The translations under genes and the position numbers were made by a program. From Octopus sinensis (Eukaryota), in NCBI RefSeq assembly GCF_006345805.1, contig NC_043020.1:24986001-25050000 (forward strand): a stretch of DNA of 64,000 nt. Reading direction: 5' to 3'. The notes under the pieces are model-generated. The model made no database searches. It was not told where the DNA came from and saw nothing but the letters and a program-made list of their open reading frames with translations. Below are positions 25,268-38,888 of the stretch, piece by piece. Positions within the stretch are counted from its first letter, which is position 1, and each line of letters starts with the position of its first letter.

Positions 25268-27044
25268 TAGCCTCTCTCTGCAACAAGACAAACAAAAATT
25301 TCGATGATTGCCTACATGTCCAAATTATCTGAGACTGTCCAAATTATCTGCTAATATCGACATCTTTAACCAAAAGGCAGACTTCTATAACGCCGCCTTG
25401 ACAAGAGCCGGTTATAAGGAGAAAGTGTCATACATCGACCCAGCTCATTCTAAACCAACATCTGCTTCTCCAGATAGTAAAGATACCCGTAATAGGAATA
25501 ATGATTTCAATTCTAATAGTGCCAGCAACCCTGTACATAAAATAAATTCTTTACGGACTAGGGGAGGTAAGCGCCATGCAACCCCAAATTTCCAACCCAG
25601 AAATTTTTCCCTTACTATCACAAACAACATTAAGAACAATTCAAAGGCCACAAAAACTGTATCTGGATTGTAATACCTTTCGGAAAACAAATTAAATCGA
25701 ACCTTCCCTTACAGTTCCGTGAAGCCGTTGCTAGGAACTTTCCCAGAAATTCTAGATATCATTCTATTATCAATTCACACAAGGTTAGAATAGCTTTCTC
25801 TAACACTAGGAATCTTTCACAAATTATATCTTCCCACAATACCAAGCTTCTAAACAAAGATTCTTCACCCGGGAGTTCCAACACTAATCTTGCTAATTCC
25901 AACCCATCATACAATCATAATAATAGGAATAGTATTAACAGTAGCAGCATTAGTAGCAGCGAAAGTGTTAACAATGATAATATTAATAATAGTATTAGTC
26001 GTATTAATAACAATGGTAGTGTTGATGGTAACAACAATAACGGTATTATTGCCGGTGGTATTGCTGGTTGCAATACCATTAATAATACTACTAATAATAG
26101 AAATAGTGTAGTTGTTAGCGCTAATAATAATAGTAACAACAATCATAACAATAAAAACTTCGTCTCGATCTCGGAGGACAACCCCAACAGAATTAAATTT
26201 TTGTCTAGTAATTCTAAGATTAAGAATTCCATTTACCAGTGTAGGATTTCTTCCGGTACCGATGTCTTCTTCTATATAGGAGCGTCCACTTCACAGTTAT
26301 CCAAGAGAATTTCAAACCACTATTCAACATTCAGGGATAGGAAAAAACGACATAGTACAGGGCTAAGTAAATTAGTTTCGCGTCTTAAAGACAACAAAAG
26401 TTAGATTGGTTCATATTGTCTGTATCCTTTCCTTTTGATAAGGGCAGGAGATTTTGTAACATTTGTAACTCTGAGCTCTTCCATATTCTTTTCGCTAAGG
26501 TTCCCCTTGTAAACACACTCATAGAAAAATCGTACAAATGTAAACACTGGCAGAAACACACTTTCTACTCATATAAATGATAACGATAGTCACTGTGGTT
26601 TGAACAATTAGCTTCACGTCCACCCCACTGCTATAGAGAAATTCTTTTCTAAGCCTTCGAACATTCTTTCAATCAACGTACCCTTCCCTTTCCACTTGTT
26701 CCCTACCTATTATTCCTTTATACCTTCCCTTCCTACTATCTATCTTTGACGTCTGTCTCTCTCTCACACACACAATCACACACACAGACACAAATGCAGT
26801 TATACACACATACACACACAAACACACGCACTCATTAACACAAGCACACACCCACACATTTCCATACATACAGCAAACATACTGTTCCCTACCTATTATT
26901 ACTTTATCCCTTCTCTTCCTCCTACTATCTATTTTTGACGTCAATTCTTCTAACGGATTTTTTTAAAAAAACACTCATTATCGCTTTGTTTACCATGTAG
27001 GCAATCATCGAAATTTTTGTTTGTCTTGTTGCCGAGAGAGGCTC

Positions 27045-27137
27045 CCTTTCTTTCCTGATGAGAAGATTGCATAATGCACCCTTTATTCCTTTGGAATGAA
27101 AATATGCTGTCTTCGAAACATGTGCCGAGAGTAAAGG
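27045..27137 (+). ncRNA. type I hammerhead, cleavage-triplet lesion (GUC->GCC)
   Basis: CUGAUGA 27055-27061, GAAGA/UCUUC, GAAAC 27115-27119, GCC at 27124-27126, helix I CCUUUCUUUC / GAGAG.U.AAAGG. Confidence 0.7.
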
Positions 27138-27347
27138 AATTTTGTTAACATCTTCGTTCGACTCCATTCTTTCATTTATTCATATACAACACACAAATTT
27201 CTACACATGAACCCGGAGTTTCTACCCTTGACAGGTCGCTTCAACCGTGTTTTCTGACGTGAATTTGCTACCCAGGTTTCGGTTAAACGAATTTTCCATG
27301 CTGACGATAAACATAGGATAATTAATTCACTTACTTATATATATATA

Positions 27348-27382
<35 letters not shown>

Positions 27383-27669
27383 CGATAAATGGGGAAGCGG
27401 TGGCGAGTGGCAATTCTGTAATTAATAATATTTGTAAGCTTAAAACTTATAAGCGATCACCGTGCATTTACTAAAAATAGTTTAGCATTGGGGCCATATA
27501 AGCCCTCGACAGAGAAACCCACTTGTTTTCAGTCGCGGGTTTCTTATTCCCCAATTCTAGACTTTTTTCTTTAAGCAATACACGGTGATTGCTTTTAAGC
27601 TTTAAGCTAACAAATATCATTATTTACAGATGCGCGCGCGCGTGTATATGTGTGTGTGTGTCTGTGTGT

Positions 27670-27800
27670 GGTTCAAAGCTGTACAAAAAGCAAACGAAAT
27701 AGATTTGTCAAGGCACAACAATCGAGGTGTATTAGTTTAACGCTCAGGAAAATTGGAAGAAGTCTTTGACATTTCAAGCCGAAGCTCTTCTACAGAAAAA
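27670..27800 (-). mobile_element. Penelope pLTR remnant (family of 57490-57653)
   Basis: Reverse complement CTGTAGAAGAGCTTCGGCTTGAAATGTCAAAGAC..CCTGAGCGTTAAACTAATACACC. Confidence 0.7.
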
Positions 27801-28350
27801 AAAAATGAGGAGAGAAGACAGATGAAGAGAAGAAAAAAAAATGGAGAGAAAATATGTTTGTGTGCTTGTGCGTGCGTGTGCCTTTCTATTTGTATGCTTT
27901 TATGTTTATGTATATATGTATATACCTCTTGTATGTATATATCTCTTTATGTTTGTATTTACATACATGCAATCTCAAATCTACGTATATGTATATATGT
28001 ATGTGTGTGTATGCGTGTGTATATATATGTATGTAATTTTGGCACTGTCTTACATTTGGCACTGCCATCCTTGCTGGCTTTCTACTAATCTGTGTGGGAA
28101 GAGTTAATGTATCCATATAAAAGAATCACAGTGTACAGCTGCAAAGAGCTGACAACAACAGTGTGTTATGAAAGACAGCAGACTTGACTGATCTGAAGCC
28201 AAAATAGTTTAAACAGTGTGTTGCAGGAGTCGGACACCATTTTAACGTTCGCTCTCTCTTCTTTTGGCATTTAACAAATAATGCTTAGCGTGCAACACGA
28301 AATGAAAAGACATATTAGTAAGCAGCAGCAGCATCAGCAGCAGCAATAGC

Positions 28351-28398
<48 letters not shown>

Positions 28399-28441
28399 TA
28401 AAATTCGACATCATAATTGTGAAAAATATATGTTTAACATA

Positions 28442-28609
28442 GGGACAGGAGTGGCTATGTGATAAGTAGCTTGCTTACCAGCCACATGGTTCTAGGTTCA
28501 GCCCTACTGCGTGGCACATTGGGTAAGTGTCTTCTACTATAGCTTCGGTCCGACCAAAGCCTTGTGAATGTATTTGGAAGACGGAAACTGAAAAAACCCG
28601 TTGTATATA

Positions 28610-28647
<38 letters not shown>

Positions 28648-28680
28648 CATATATATATGTGTGTGTGTATGTGTGTATGC

Positions 28681-28716
<36 letters not shown>

Positions 28717-28948
28717 ATGTATATATGCATGTGTATGTGTGCTTGTGCGTCTGTGTTTGTCCCCCCAATATCGCTTGACAACCGATGGTGGCGTTTCTAC
28801 GTCCCCGTAACTAGTGGTTCGGCAAAAGAGACCAATAGAATAAGTACTAGGCTTACAAAGAATAAGTCCTGGGGTCGATTTGTTCGACTAAAGGCGGTGC
28901 TCTAGCATGGCCGCAGTCAAATGAATGAAACAAATAAAAGAATAAAAG
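28442..28948 (+). mobile_element. SINE family A, full length
   Basis: Head, long internal microsatellite and tail, as in 8769-9183. Confidence 0.9.
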
Positions 28949-30732
28949 CATAAGTAAAAAAGTATTTATTTTTTTACTTAAAATTGCTCAAAATTCCATG
29001 AAAATAAATTTTCGACGGGATTGAACTTGGCGGTAAAATAGAAATAGAAATTATTGATTTTCTTTTAATTTTTCTTTATTTTTATTGTTGCTTGATTGTC
29101 TTATATTTTTCTAATTTAGTGAAAGAGTGAGAATCGAACATTTGACCTCTTCAGACGTACCAGGACAGCTGTGGTCGATAAGGTTGAACTGACATAGATC
29201 AATACCTTTAAAAATCTTATTAATTATTCGGACGGCTAACCATAGCAACCAGCTTTCCCTCAATACTGTAATACTTAACCTCCACCGTACAGTTTTGCCT
29301 GAATTTGAATGGCGCCGGACAAAGCACCTTGTTAAATTTACTCCGGTTCCTGACGTTCTGATTTCAAATCCCGCCACAAGCAATTTGCCTTTCAGCTACC
29401 TGGTGGGGGGGGGGAATAAATGAAGCAGATGTCAAGTGCGATAGACTAGCGGATTCGTTAGAGCGTTGAACAGGATGTGTGCAGTATTCTGGTTGTTTGT
29501 TTTCTGAGTTCAAATCCTGCTTCGGATTACTTGAGTTATAAGCATTATTCCCTCACCCGATCTGATGTTACTAATTGGCATCTGGATGTCTTCCCCGAAA
29601 GACACCCAGATCGCAAACATTCAGATCTGGTCTCTGTAGCGACGCAGAAACGCATGCGTTCTTCAACCGGATGACGCCATTCATAGCCCAATGCGTTTTC
29701 ACACAAATTCCCAGTGAGGAGAATTTTCTTCTTAGACTATCTCCGTAACGAAAGGTCTTTCTACTTCGAATGCGTACGAATTTATTAAATATGATTTTAC
29801 AAGAATATATTTTATTCGATGCTGCTTCATGCATCTCTAGTAAGAACTATATATTTATACACACATAGAAACAGATATTTACTATATACAGCAAATTACA
29901 CATTTATTATTTCAGAACAGGCAATGTATCCGCAAAGTATCACAGTAACTATTTGGTGTCTCCCAACAGTAAATATATGTACAACATCCTATCTAAATCA
30001 CGAACCTCAATCAACTCACTAAGGACACAAATCACCCCAAAACCCCCAGTAAATAAGCATTATTAACTAAAGAGTCCCTAAAGGGAAGTAACCATTCACA
30101 AACCAGTAACAAGGTTTCCAGTAAACATCTGTTTGTAACGTTTATGCTTTGGGCATAGAAGGCCGTTGGCAAAATTTACTGCATTTTATAGTGCACTAGT
30201 TTGTGCGTCCGTTTATGCATGCGAAAGGGGAAATGGAAGATTTCAGCGATAATGATTAAGATAGATACATTCAAAACATGATGTCCAGAGAAAAGGTCTT
30301 CAGAGTCTCCGGGAGACATAGGTTTAACTATAACGAAACCCTTTTTAAAATGACAAAACATCGTCTTACTTCGTTGATAACGCTTGACAAACCACATTTT
30401 GTTTCTGTCTGGAATGCAAAGATTATTACAATACATTCACCGAAAGTAGAAGCATGGGAGGCAGTGGCTGCCTCAGGAACGCTTGGCATCAGATATTCCA
30501 GAGAGACCTCAGATGCAGGAGGACCGGATAGAAAAGAAATATGATACATCAACCGCACTGGTGATAAATCTGATGCCTCTTGGGTTTCAGAATATGACGG
30601 AATCAAAGACTAAATAACTGAAATATTGTTCATTATTTTCGTACTTTAGATTTTAGAGTCACTCACGCATAACAGCACTACAGCACTAACTGTATACACG
30701 CGGGCGCGCGCAAGGGTGTGTATATATGGATT

Positions 30733-31470
30733 TGTATATAAATATGTGTGTCTGTGTGTCTGTCTGTGTCTCTGTGTGTGCGATTCCGTACAGAGAAAGA
30801 AACAGACAGACAGATTGGTAGACATACTCAGGATAGATAAATACTTACATATATACATACGTATTTATACACATATATATATATATATATATAATATATA
30901 TATATACATACACATTCATACATATATGTATGTAGGCAGGTCTGAGTACACATGGATGTGTATGTATATATAATATATATATATATATATATGTAAATAT
31001 ATATACATACATATATACATATATATATATACATATATATATGCATGCATATAGATACATGCATATATATATATATACACACATAATATATATATATATA
31101 TGCATATATATATACACACATACATTATATATATATATATATATATATATGTGTTGTGTGTGGTGTGTGTGTATATATAAATATATAAATGCTTGTATCT
31201 ATATGCATGCATATATACATGTATATATGTATGTATATATATTTACATAGATGTATATACATACGCATCCATGTGTACTCAGACCTGCCTACATACATAC
31301 ATATATGTATGAATGTGTATGTATATATATATATATAAATACGTATGTCTATATGTAAGTATTTATCTATCATGTGTATGTCTACCAATCTGTCTGTCTG
31401 TTTCTTTCTCTGTACGGAATCGCACACACAGAGACACAGACAGACACACAAACACACATATTTATATACA
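30733..31470. repeat. inverted duplication (~30733-31062 vs ~31190-31470) of microsatellite-mosaic DNA
   Basis: Unique anchors GCGATTCCGTACAGAGAAAG and GTAGGCAGGTCTGAGTACACATGGATG recur in reverse complement. Confidence 0.9.
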
Positions 31471-31685
31471 CATGCAGCTGCGTTCGACTCCATTTCTTAA
31501 TTTATCCATATTATTCAAAAATATTTCACTTAACCCTGGGATTTCTATTTTTATTAGTAGGACGTAATATCCTTGGCACTTATGTGAATTTTTGCTTCCC
31601 TGGTAACTATTTATTTTTTCGTCCTTGCTATATGTACATATTGAAAAACTATACATACGTGATATATATATAATATATATATAAG

Positions 31686-31718
<33 letters not shown>

Positions 31719-32479
31719 TATATATAATATATATATACGTGTGTGTGTGTATATCAGTGCAATACGGCAGGGCAGCCACTTTACTGGTTGCCCATAGAAG
31801 GGAGAGTAAGTCGGCCCTTTTATCAGCAGAGTTTGGTGACATATTTGGGTAAGTGCGAGTAGTCCCTTTGCCTTAGGGATACAGTGAAGAATTCAGCATC
31901 AGGACGTTGTATAACCAACAAGATGGAGGAGTCTAAGACCTATGTCTTGAAAGTTGTTGCGGCCATTAGCAAATGAGCTGGTAGCGCAGGTCAGCCCTGT
32001 CGTCGACTATGCTCATTGTGCTCTGGTAAGCTACTTGCTAATTGATGTGGGGATCACGCTAGCAGTCAAGAGGCAGGAGGGACGACACTAACTGCCTTAC
32101 TCACCGTCCCAGGTGTTTTTCTCAAAGAAGTCTGAACAGAATAGTCAACGTTGAAGATGGACTGCCGACGACAACGGCGATATATAAGCGTACATGTGCA
32201 TCGGGTGCGCTTGTGCGTGTGTGTGTGTGTGTGAATGGCATACATGCATGCATCTGTGCATATAGATATGTAGAATTTATCATTGTTCATATTTAAATCT
32301 GGGAAACGCGAAAAACGCAAGACTGCAAAAATACGAACATTAATAAAATGACCTACAGTCGAGCACCGAACTGATATCACGCCGTTCTCCCTACGCTGCT
32401 ATGACCTATATATATATATATATAACACGTGATTTATATGGATCTCTCTCACTAAAGTATTCTCTCCCATTAGTGTTAT

Positions 32480-32871
32480 TATTACAATAATTCTTTAAAT
32501 ATACATATATATATATGTGTGTGCGTTTGTGTGTGTGCGTGTGTTTGTGTGTGTATAATATAGGTGTGTGTGTGTGGTATACTATGTAATATATATATAT
32601 GATATATATAGAAATATATATATAATATATATAAATATATAATATAATATATACAACATATATATATATATACTATATATATATATATATAGCATAAACA
32701 TTTTACTTTATACATATATCCATACATAAAGGTACACATATATCTATATTTACATACATTAATATGTATGTGTACATATACATATATAGAGTATACATAC
32801 ATGTATATATGGTATATATATATATATATTATATATATATACACATATATATACATAATATACATATATAT

Positions 32872-32903
<32 letters not shown>

Positions 32904-32983
32904 ATAATATTATATATATATGTATATATATATATGTATATATATTGTTATATACATATATATATATACATATATATATTACA

Positions 32984-33037
<54 letters not shown>

Positions 33038-33120
33038 AAATATATGTATATATATATATTATATATATGTATATACACATATGTAATAACTGTATACTTG
33101 TGACTACATACACACACACG
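32480..33120. repeat. (TA)n-dominated microsatellite field
   Basis: Directly visible. Confidence 0.95.
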
Positions 33121-34505
33121 TATGATTACAATTATGATAAGCAATATATACATAAGTGTGAGTGGATGTGTGCGTACGTGTGTGGGTGAGTGTGTACGTG
33201 CACAGAAACGGAAAATACTCAAAAGTTCACCGGGAGATGCTCTACTCCGCAGGAGTGCAGTGATCGGTAGGTTGAATGTGAATGATTAGTATAGATTAAA
33301 CACAGATCAATAGTGAATCGATACGAGTCGAAAAGTATCCTGCAGATCGATATTGATCAATGTCGAGGCTATATTTGCAGAACAATAATAATAGTAATGA
33401 GAGAATTCCGATGGAAATTCTATTGATAGGAGCTGGAAAAAGTAGTGAGTGGGCTAGCATACATACATACTTACACACATATATATATATGTATGTATTT
33501 ATGTATGTATGTGTGTATGTATGTATGTATGTATGTATGTATGTATGTATGTATAATATGTATGCATAAATATATATTTATGTATATTTATATATACATA
33601 TATATATGCATACGTGTATATATGTGGATGCTGGTATATATGTATATATATACATGTATTTATACATACATACATATATATATATATACGTACACATATA
33701 TATACATGCATATATATATGTGTGTGTGTGTGTGTGTGTACATGTGTGTGTATGTGTGTTAGTGTTTGTTCATGTGTGCGCGAGTGGTTTTGTTTAACAT
33801 CATGCAGATATAGGTTAGAGATAGATTGATAGATAAACAAATAGATACATGCATCATACATACATACATACATACATACATATGTGCATTTATAGATATT
33901 GATAGAAAGGAGAGAGATACAGATCTTACATACAAACATAAATAACATAGTTAGATGGGGAAGAGAGAGAGGGAAAGAGAAAGTGAGTGATAAGGAATTG
34001 GGCTGAAACAGTAAGGGTCCGGACAGAACACTTGAGAAATAGACGCACGCACACGAGAGCTGCACAAACATATACCACTCACACATATACTCAAGTAGAA
34101 ACAAGCATTCATGCAGGTACACACACACACGTGAGTGCGTGGGTGGGGAGTTAAGTGGTTTGATCCGAAACCATGAAGGAAGAAGTTCGATATTCGCTTG
34201 CATCCCTAGGTTCGATCCGCACTCCTTCTTCGTGAGATTCATTCATAAACATAACTAAAAGTTAGCCTACAGGTAGTAACGCTTACATATACAGACAACA
34301 ATCTCCCGAAAACATTGTAGTGAGTTTATAAATGGACGAAAACAGCCGAAATTGCGAGGATTATCCGGTTCTTGACTGAGGATAAAATGCTTCGAATGAC
34401 TCGTCCTTGTTTTTTTGTATCGTCTATCTAGATGTTTCGTTGTCCCTTTTTGTATCACCTAGTTGTCCGGATGTTTTGCGTTTTGTACCATTTTGTATTT
34501 TATTT

Positions 34506-34539
<34 letters not shown>

Positions 34540-34540
34540 A

Positions 34541-34660
34541 TACATGTATTTATACATACATACATATATATATATATACGTACACATATATATACATGCA
34601 TATATATATGTGTGTGTGTGTGTGTGTGTACATGTGTGTGTATGTGTGTTAGTGTTTGTT
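34541..34660 (+). repeat. 120-bp direct copy of 33651-33770 embedded in (TA)n
   Basis: Base-for-base identical by inspection, including the unique end GTTAGTGTTTGTT. Confidence 0.88.
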
Positions 34661-35186
34661 ATATATATATATATATATAAACAAATCAAATTGCGATAAA
34701 ATAAAAATAATTATAATCGCTGGTATTACTAACACAAGCCATATATTTTTCATATATCAGTACATTAAGGCGAAATATGTGCTAGGAATACAAAAGCTTG
34801 ATAAATTAAGTGAAATATATATATATATATATAGAAAGAGAGAGAGGGAGATGGTGGGGGGAATCTTAGAATCTTAAATGGAACAGGAGGGCAAACGTGG
34901 ACGGAAGGGTCCACTGAAGAGGTCACAGATGTGAGACGAAAGATTTTCGAACAATGGACATGAGGTGAATAGAAAAAAGGTGGGGTGAAGATCGAATATA
35001 GAGTGGATGTGTTTATTTGGAGAAAAATGGCCATTCCGAAATATAACATTATATGTATGTGTGTATGTATGTATAGATACTTACATCTATACATATATGT
35101 TTACACGCACGTTAAGTTATGTATAATACCAGCGTAACAAGATAAACTGTAAACTTACGTGCAAGAAATGATGTACATGCATGCAT

Positions 35187-35224
<38 letters not shown>

Positions 35225-35225
35225 G

Positions 35226-35272
<47 letters not shown>

Positions 35273-35342
35273 TATGTATATATATATGTATATATATAAG
35301 ATATATATATATAATATATATATATAATATATTATATATATG

Positions 35343-35373
<31 letters not shown>

Positions 35374-35374
<1 letters not shown>

Positions 35375-35787
35375 CTCTTACTCTTTTACTCTCTTTACTT
35401 GTTTCAGTCATTTGACTGCGGCCATGCTGGAGCACGCGCCTAGTCGAGCAAATCGACTCCGGGACTTATTCTTTGTAAGCCCAGTACTTATCCTATCGGT
35501 CTCTTTTGCCGAACCGCTAAGTGACGGGGACGTAAACACACCAGCATCGGGTGTCAAGCGCTATTGGGGGGACAAACACAGACACACAAACACATACACA
35601 ACCCATATACATATATATACATAATACGACAGGCTTCTTTCAGTTTCCGTCTACCAAATCCACTCACAAGGCATTGGTCGGCCCGAGGTAGCAGCAGAAG
35701 ACACTTGCCCAAGATGCCACGCAGTGGGACTGAACCCGGAACCATGTGGTTGGTTAGCAAGCTACTTACCACACAGCCACTCCTGCG
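35374..35787 (-). mobile_element. SINE family A, full length
   Basis: Reverse complement of the family consensus. Confidence 0.92.
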
Positions 35788-35792
35788 TATAT

Positions 35793-35823
<31 letters not shown>

Positions 35824-36085
35824 CATATATATACACACATATATAATTAGTTTTAAAGGAGAAACTACAAAATATATATATATCAAGAATCTTACAAAAC
35901 GAATATATATATACACACACACACATATATATATACATATTTATATATATATATATATATGTGTGTGTACATATGTTTGTATGTAAGTATGTATAATAGC
36001 AGCGTAACAAGATAAATTATAAACTTTACATGCAAGGTGTGATGTGCATATATATACGTATATATATGATATACATATATATGTA

Positions 36086-36792
36086 GGTCACGCCGGTCCC
36101 ACGCCATTTCCGCTCCACTGGTCACTCCTTGCAACACCTGTCTGTGTCGGTTTGTCCTTGCACAGAGGCCATCCGGATTCCCGTTTGGCGCCGTGAACAG
36201 GAATAATACTTCTCTCTTCCCTCTTATACGCCATTTGGTCTCAACTCTCCCCTCCCATCTAACCCCAACCCCCTCTCCCCCACCTCATCTAACCTCCCCC
36301 CCGACCCCTACTTTTCTTCAGTCCTTCATCCTTTACCCCTACTCCTCTTCCCTCTTTCTCCCTCCCTCCTTTTTCCCTCTTCCCCTTCCCTCTTTCTCTC
36401 TGCTCCCTCACTCCCCTTCTCTCTCTCTCTCCTCCTCACCCTCTATCCTCCCTCCTCCTCTCCCCTCCTCTTCTCCTCTCCTTCCTTCTTCCCCTTCTCT
36501 CCCCTCCTCTTATCCTCTCTTTCCTTCTCCCCCCTCCCCCCTCCTCTTCTCCCCTTTCCTTCTCCCCTCTTCTCCCCTTTCTTTCTCCCCATGTTGATTC
36601 GCTAGCCTCTGCACGCATTTTTTTCTCTCCTTCTTTCTGTGTTTCTTCTCTGTGTATGTTTCTGTTGAAGAGCGTAGGCTCGAAACGTTAAAGACTTGTT
36701 TTATTTATATTTCCTGAGCGCCATACTAATACAATTGTTTGTTTGTATTCCACCTGCCTTCGTCTTTTGTCTATTTTCATAAAGCTTCCCGT
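36086..36792 (+). mobile_element. Penelope 3' fragment (GIY-YIG C-terminus, CT-rich tract, pLTR)
   Basis: 36095-36260 closely matches 56787-56950; pLTR matches 57490-57650; flanked by (TA)n. Confidence 0.88.
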
Positions 36793-36859
36793 TATATATA
36801 CACACATATGTGTGTATATATAGGGATATAGATATGATATCACGTTTTGAGTATATATG

Positions 36860-36902
<43 letters not shown>

Positions 36903-37014
36903 TCCAGTGAATGATTTCATGATATTAAATATATTTGATCGTACTTCTTCTACATATGTATGTTTGATTATACATTCATGCATCTGTCCTCTCTCTCTGT
37001 CTCTCTGTCTCTCT

Positions 37015-37055
<41 letters not shown>

Positions 37056-37058
<3 letters not shown>

Positions 37059-37266
37059 GATGGCCTAAAAGTAGGTCTATAGTTATCACGTAGGCATTTA
37101 AATTTCTTTTAAAGCATTTTATTACATTTAAATATCTATCTTATAATTAACTAAATTAGAGCATAGAATAATGGTTTCATATTTTTTTTATAATTAAGAT
37201 CTAAACTTAATAAATGAATCCGAAAGAGATAGTTGAATAACTGTAAACCTACTTTTGAGCCACCCT

Positions 37267-37267
<1 letters not shown>
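37056..37267. mobile_element. Tc1/mariner-type MITE
   Basis: ~31-bp imperfect TIRs CAGGATGGCCTAAAAGTAGGTCTATAGTTAT / ATAACTGTAAACCTACTTTTGAGCCACCCTG with TA on both sides. Confidence 0.88.
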
Positions 37268-37320
<53 letters not shown>

Positions 37321-37348
37321 GCAAACAACCATGCACACGTACGTACAT

Positions 37349-37383
<35 letters not shown>

Positions 37384-37669
37384 AAGAGGCGTAGAGAGAT
37401 GAACACAGAATTAGACTGAAGTGTGGGTGGGAGAAAATGATCGTTAATGTAAATAGCTATATAAATACATAACTATATATTGGTAGGTTGATAAATGGAC
37501 AAAGACAGACAGACAGGCAGGCAGATAGATAGATATGCGCACTGTTAGCTGTAGCTGTAATGGTTTATAATATGCCTGTATGAATACATACATATGTGCA
37601 TATGCAAACCTGCATCATTTTTATATTTATGTGTATGCACATATGTATGTTATATATAATATATATATA

Positions 37670-37713
<44 letters not shown>

Positions 37714-37733
37714 TATATTATATATATATATCA

Positions 37734-37786
37734 GGGCTTCCTGATGATTTCTTTTGAATGAAACAGTTCTAGTCCTGTAGAAGCTC
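37734..37786 (+). ncRNA. type I hammerhead candidate with weak helix II
   Basis: GGGCUUC/GAAGCUC helix I, CUGAUGA, GAAA, ACAG/CUGU helix III, GUA site; positions 10.1/11.1 are U-U. Confidence 0.55.
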
Positions 37787-37800
37787 CTTCTATAAAATAA

Positions 37801-37889
<89 letters not shown>

Positions 37890-38815
37890 TAGATATAGAT
37901 ATACAATCATACATACATGCACACATGCATTTCATACATACGTACGTGTGCATATATGTAGCGCGTGGGGTGTTCATACCTTATGCCTAAATGTATCTAC
38001 TTGAACGTTGAATGCGATAATAGGAAATACGAGATTTGAGAGACATTGGTGTTCGGTTGTATAGAGAACTGCAGGAGGGAACTAATTTTTGCTACAGGTA
38101 GGGGGTGTCATGAAGAGGTGGAGGTGTGCTTCAGATAGCAATGTTACATTAAAATATAAACACTTGATATAAATAAATGAATAAATAAATAAATAAATAA
38201 GTGGATATTTGTAATGGCACCCTCCTCTCCTCCACCTTAAATATAGGCTTTGTTTCATTTCAGAGATGCGTTGGTTGTCATTTTTTATTGATATATTTTG
38301 CGTTATCTTCTTGTATATATATATATTGTTTTATATTGTCATAATAGTGAAGAGTGTTTCTCAGTGTTTGTTTATTTTGGGAAAAATAAATGTAACAAAG
38401 AAATGAGATTTTGGAGAAACGTAGAAATGTAGACTGAAGACATTTCAATTGTCTTAGACGATCGTCGCCACAATTCTTCATGGACCACCTGTTGTTGATT
38501 CACTGAAGATCCCTGCCCAAGTGTGTATGTGTGTGTGTGCGCGCGCGCGTGTGCGATTGTGTGCGTAGGGGGGGGGTATGTGTGTTTAGCAATGGGTTAG
38601 TAAAGTATGAGAAAACCTGAACGAAATACTTTTAAAAATATAATCTATATTTATATTTTTGAGAAAATGCCGGTTTCTAATATATTGATATATCGTATGA
38701 ATTTATGGATATATGCTTGATTAAATATATATATGTGCGTATGTGTGCGTGTGTGTGTGTGTGTGTAGATATGTATGTGTATATGTATTATTCTTAAACA
38801 AGAATATTATTTGAT

Positions 38816-38888
38816 AGTGACTGTGAAGTTTCGGGCAGCTAACACGTCGTCCGACGATAGTTTAGCTGCCCGCAATTTCGAAGTCACT
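38816..38888 (+). other. ~73-nt imperfect hairpin
   Basis: 24 of 26 stem positions pair (2 G-U); inner CGTCG/CGACG in the loop. Confidence 0.75.

Larger units (their letters stand above)
25133..27180 (+). mobile_element. Penelope-like element, 5'-truncated, with inverted terminal repeats (25133-25320 / 26995-27180)
   Basis: RT-thumb/linker RLSKLSANIDIFNQKADFYNAAL..GY and ..KVRIAFSNTRNLSQIISSHNTKLL. GIY-YIG IYQCRISSGTDVFFYIGASTSQLSKRISNH..CNICNSE..KCKH. Interrupted by an (AAT)-type repeat at ~25900-26160. Confidence 0.88.

Noticed and set aside
38425-38470. CTGAAGA...ACGATCGTC hammerhead-like motif
   Set aside because: GAA is missing and helix I does not pair; at best a heavily decayed relic.
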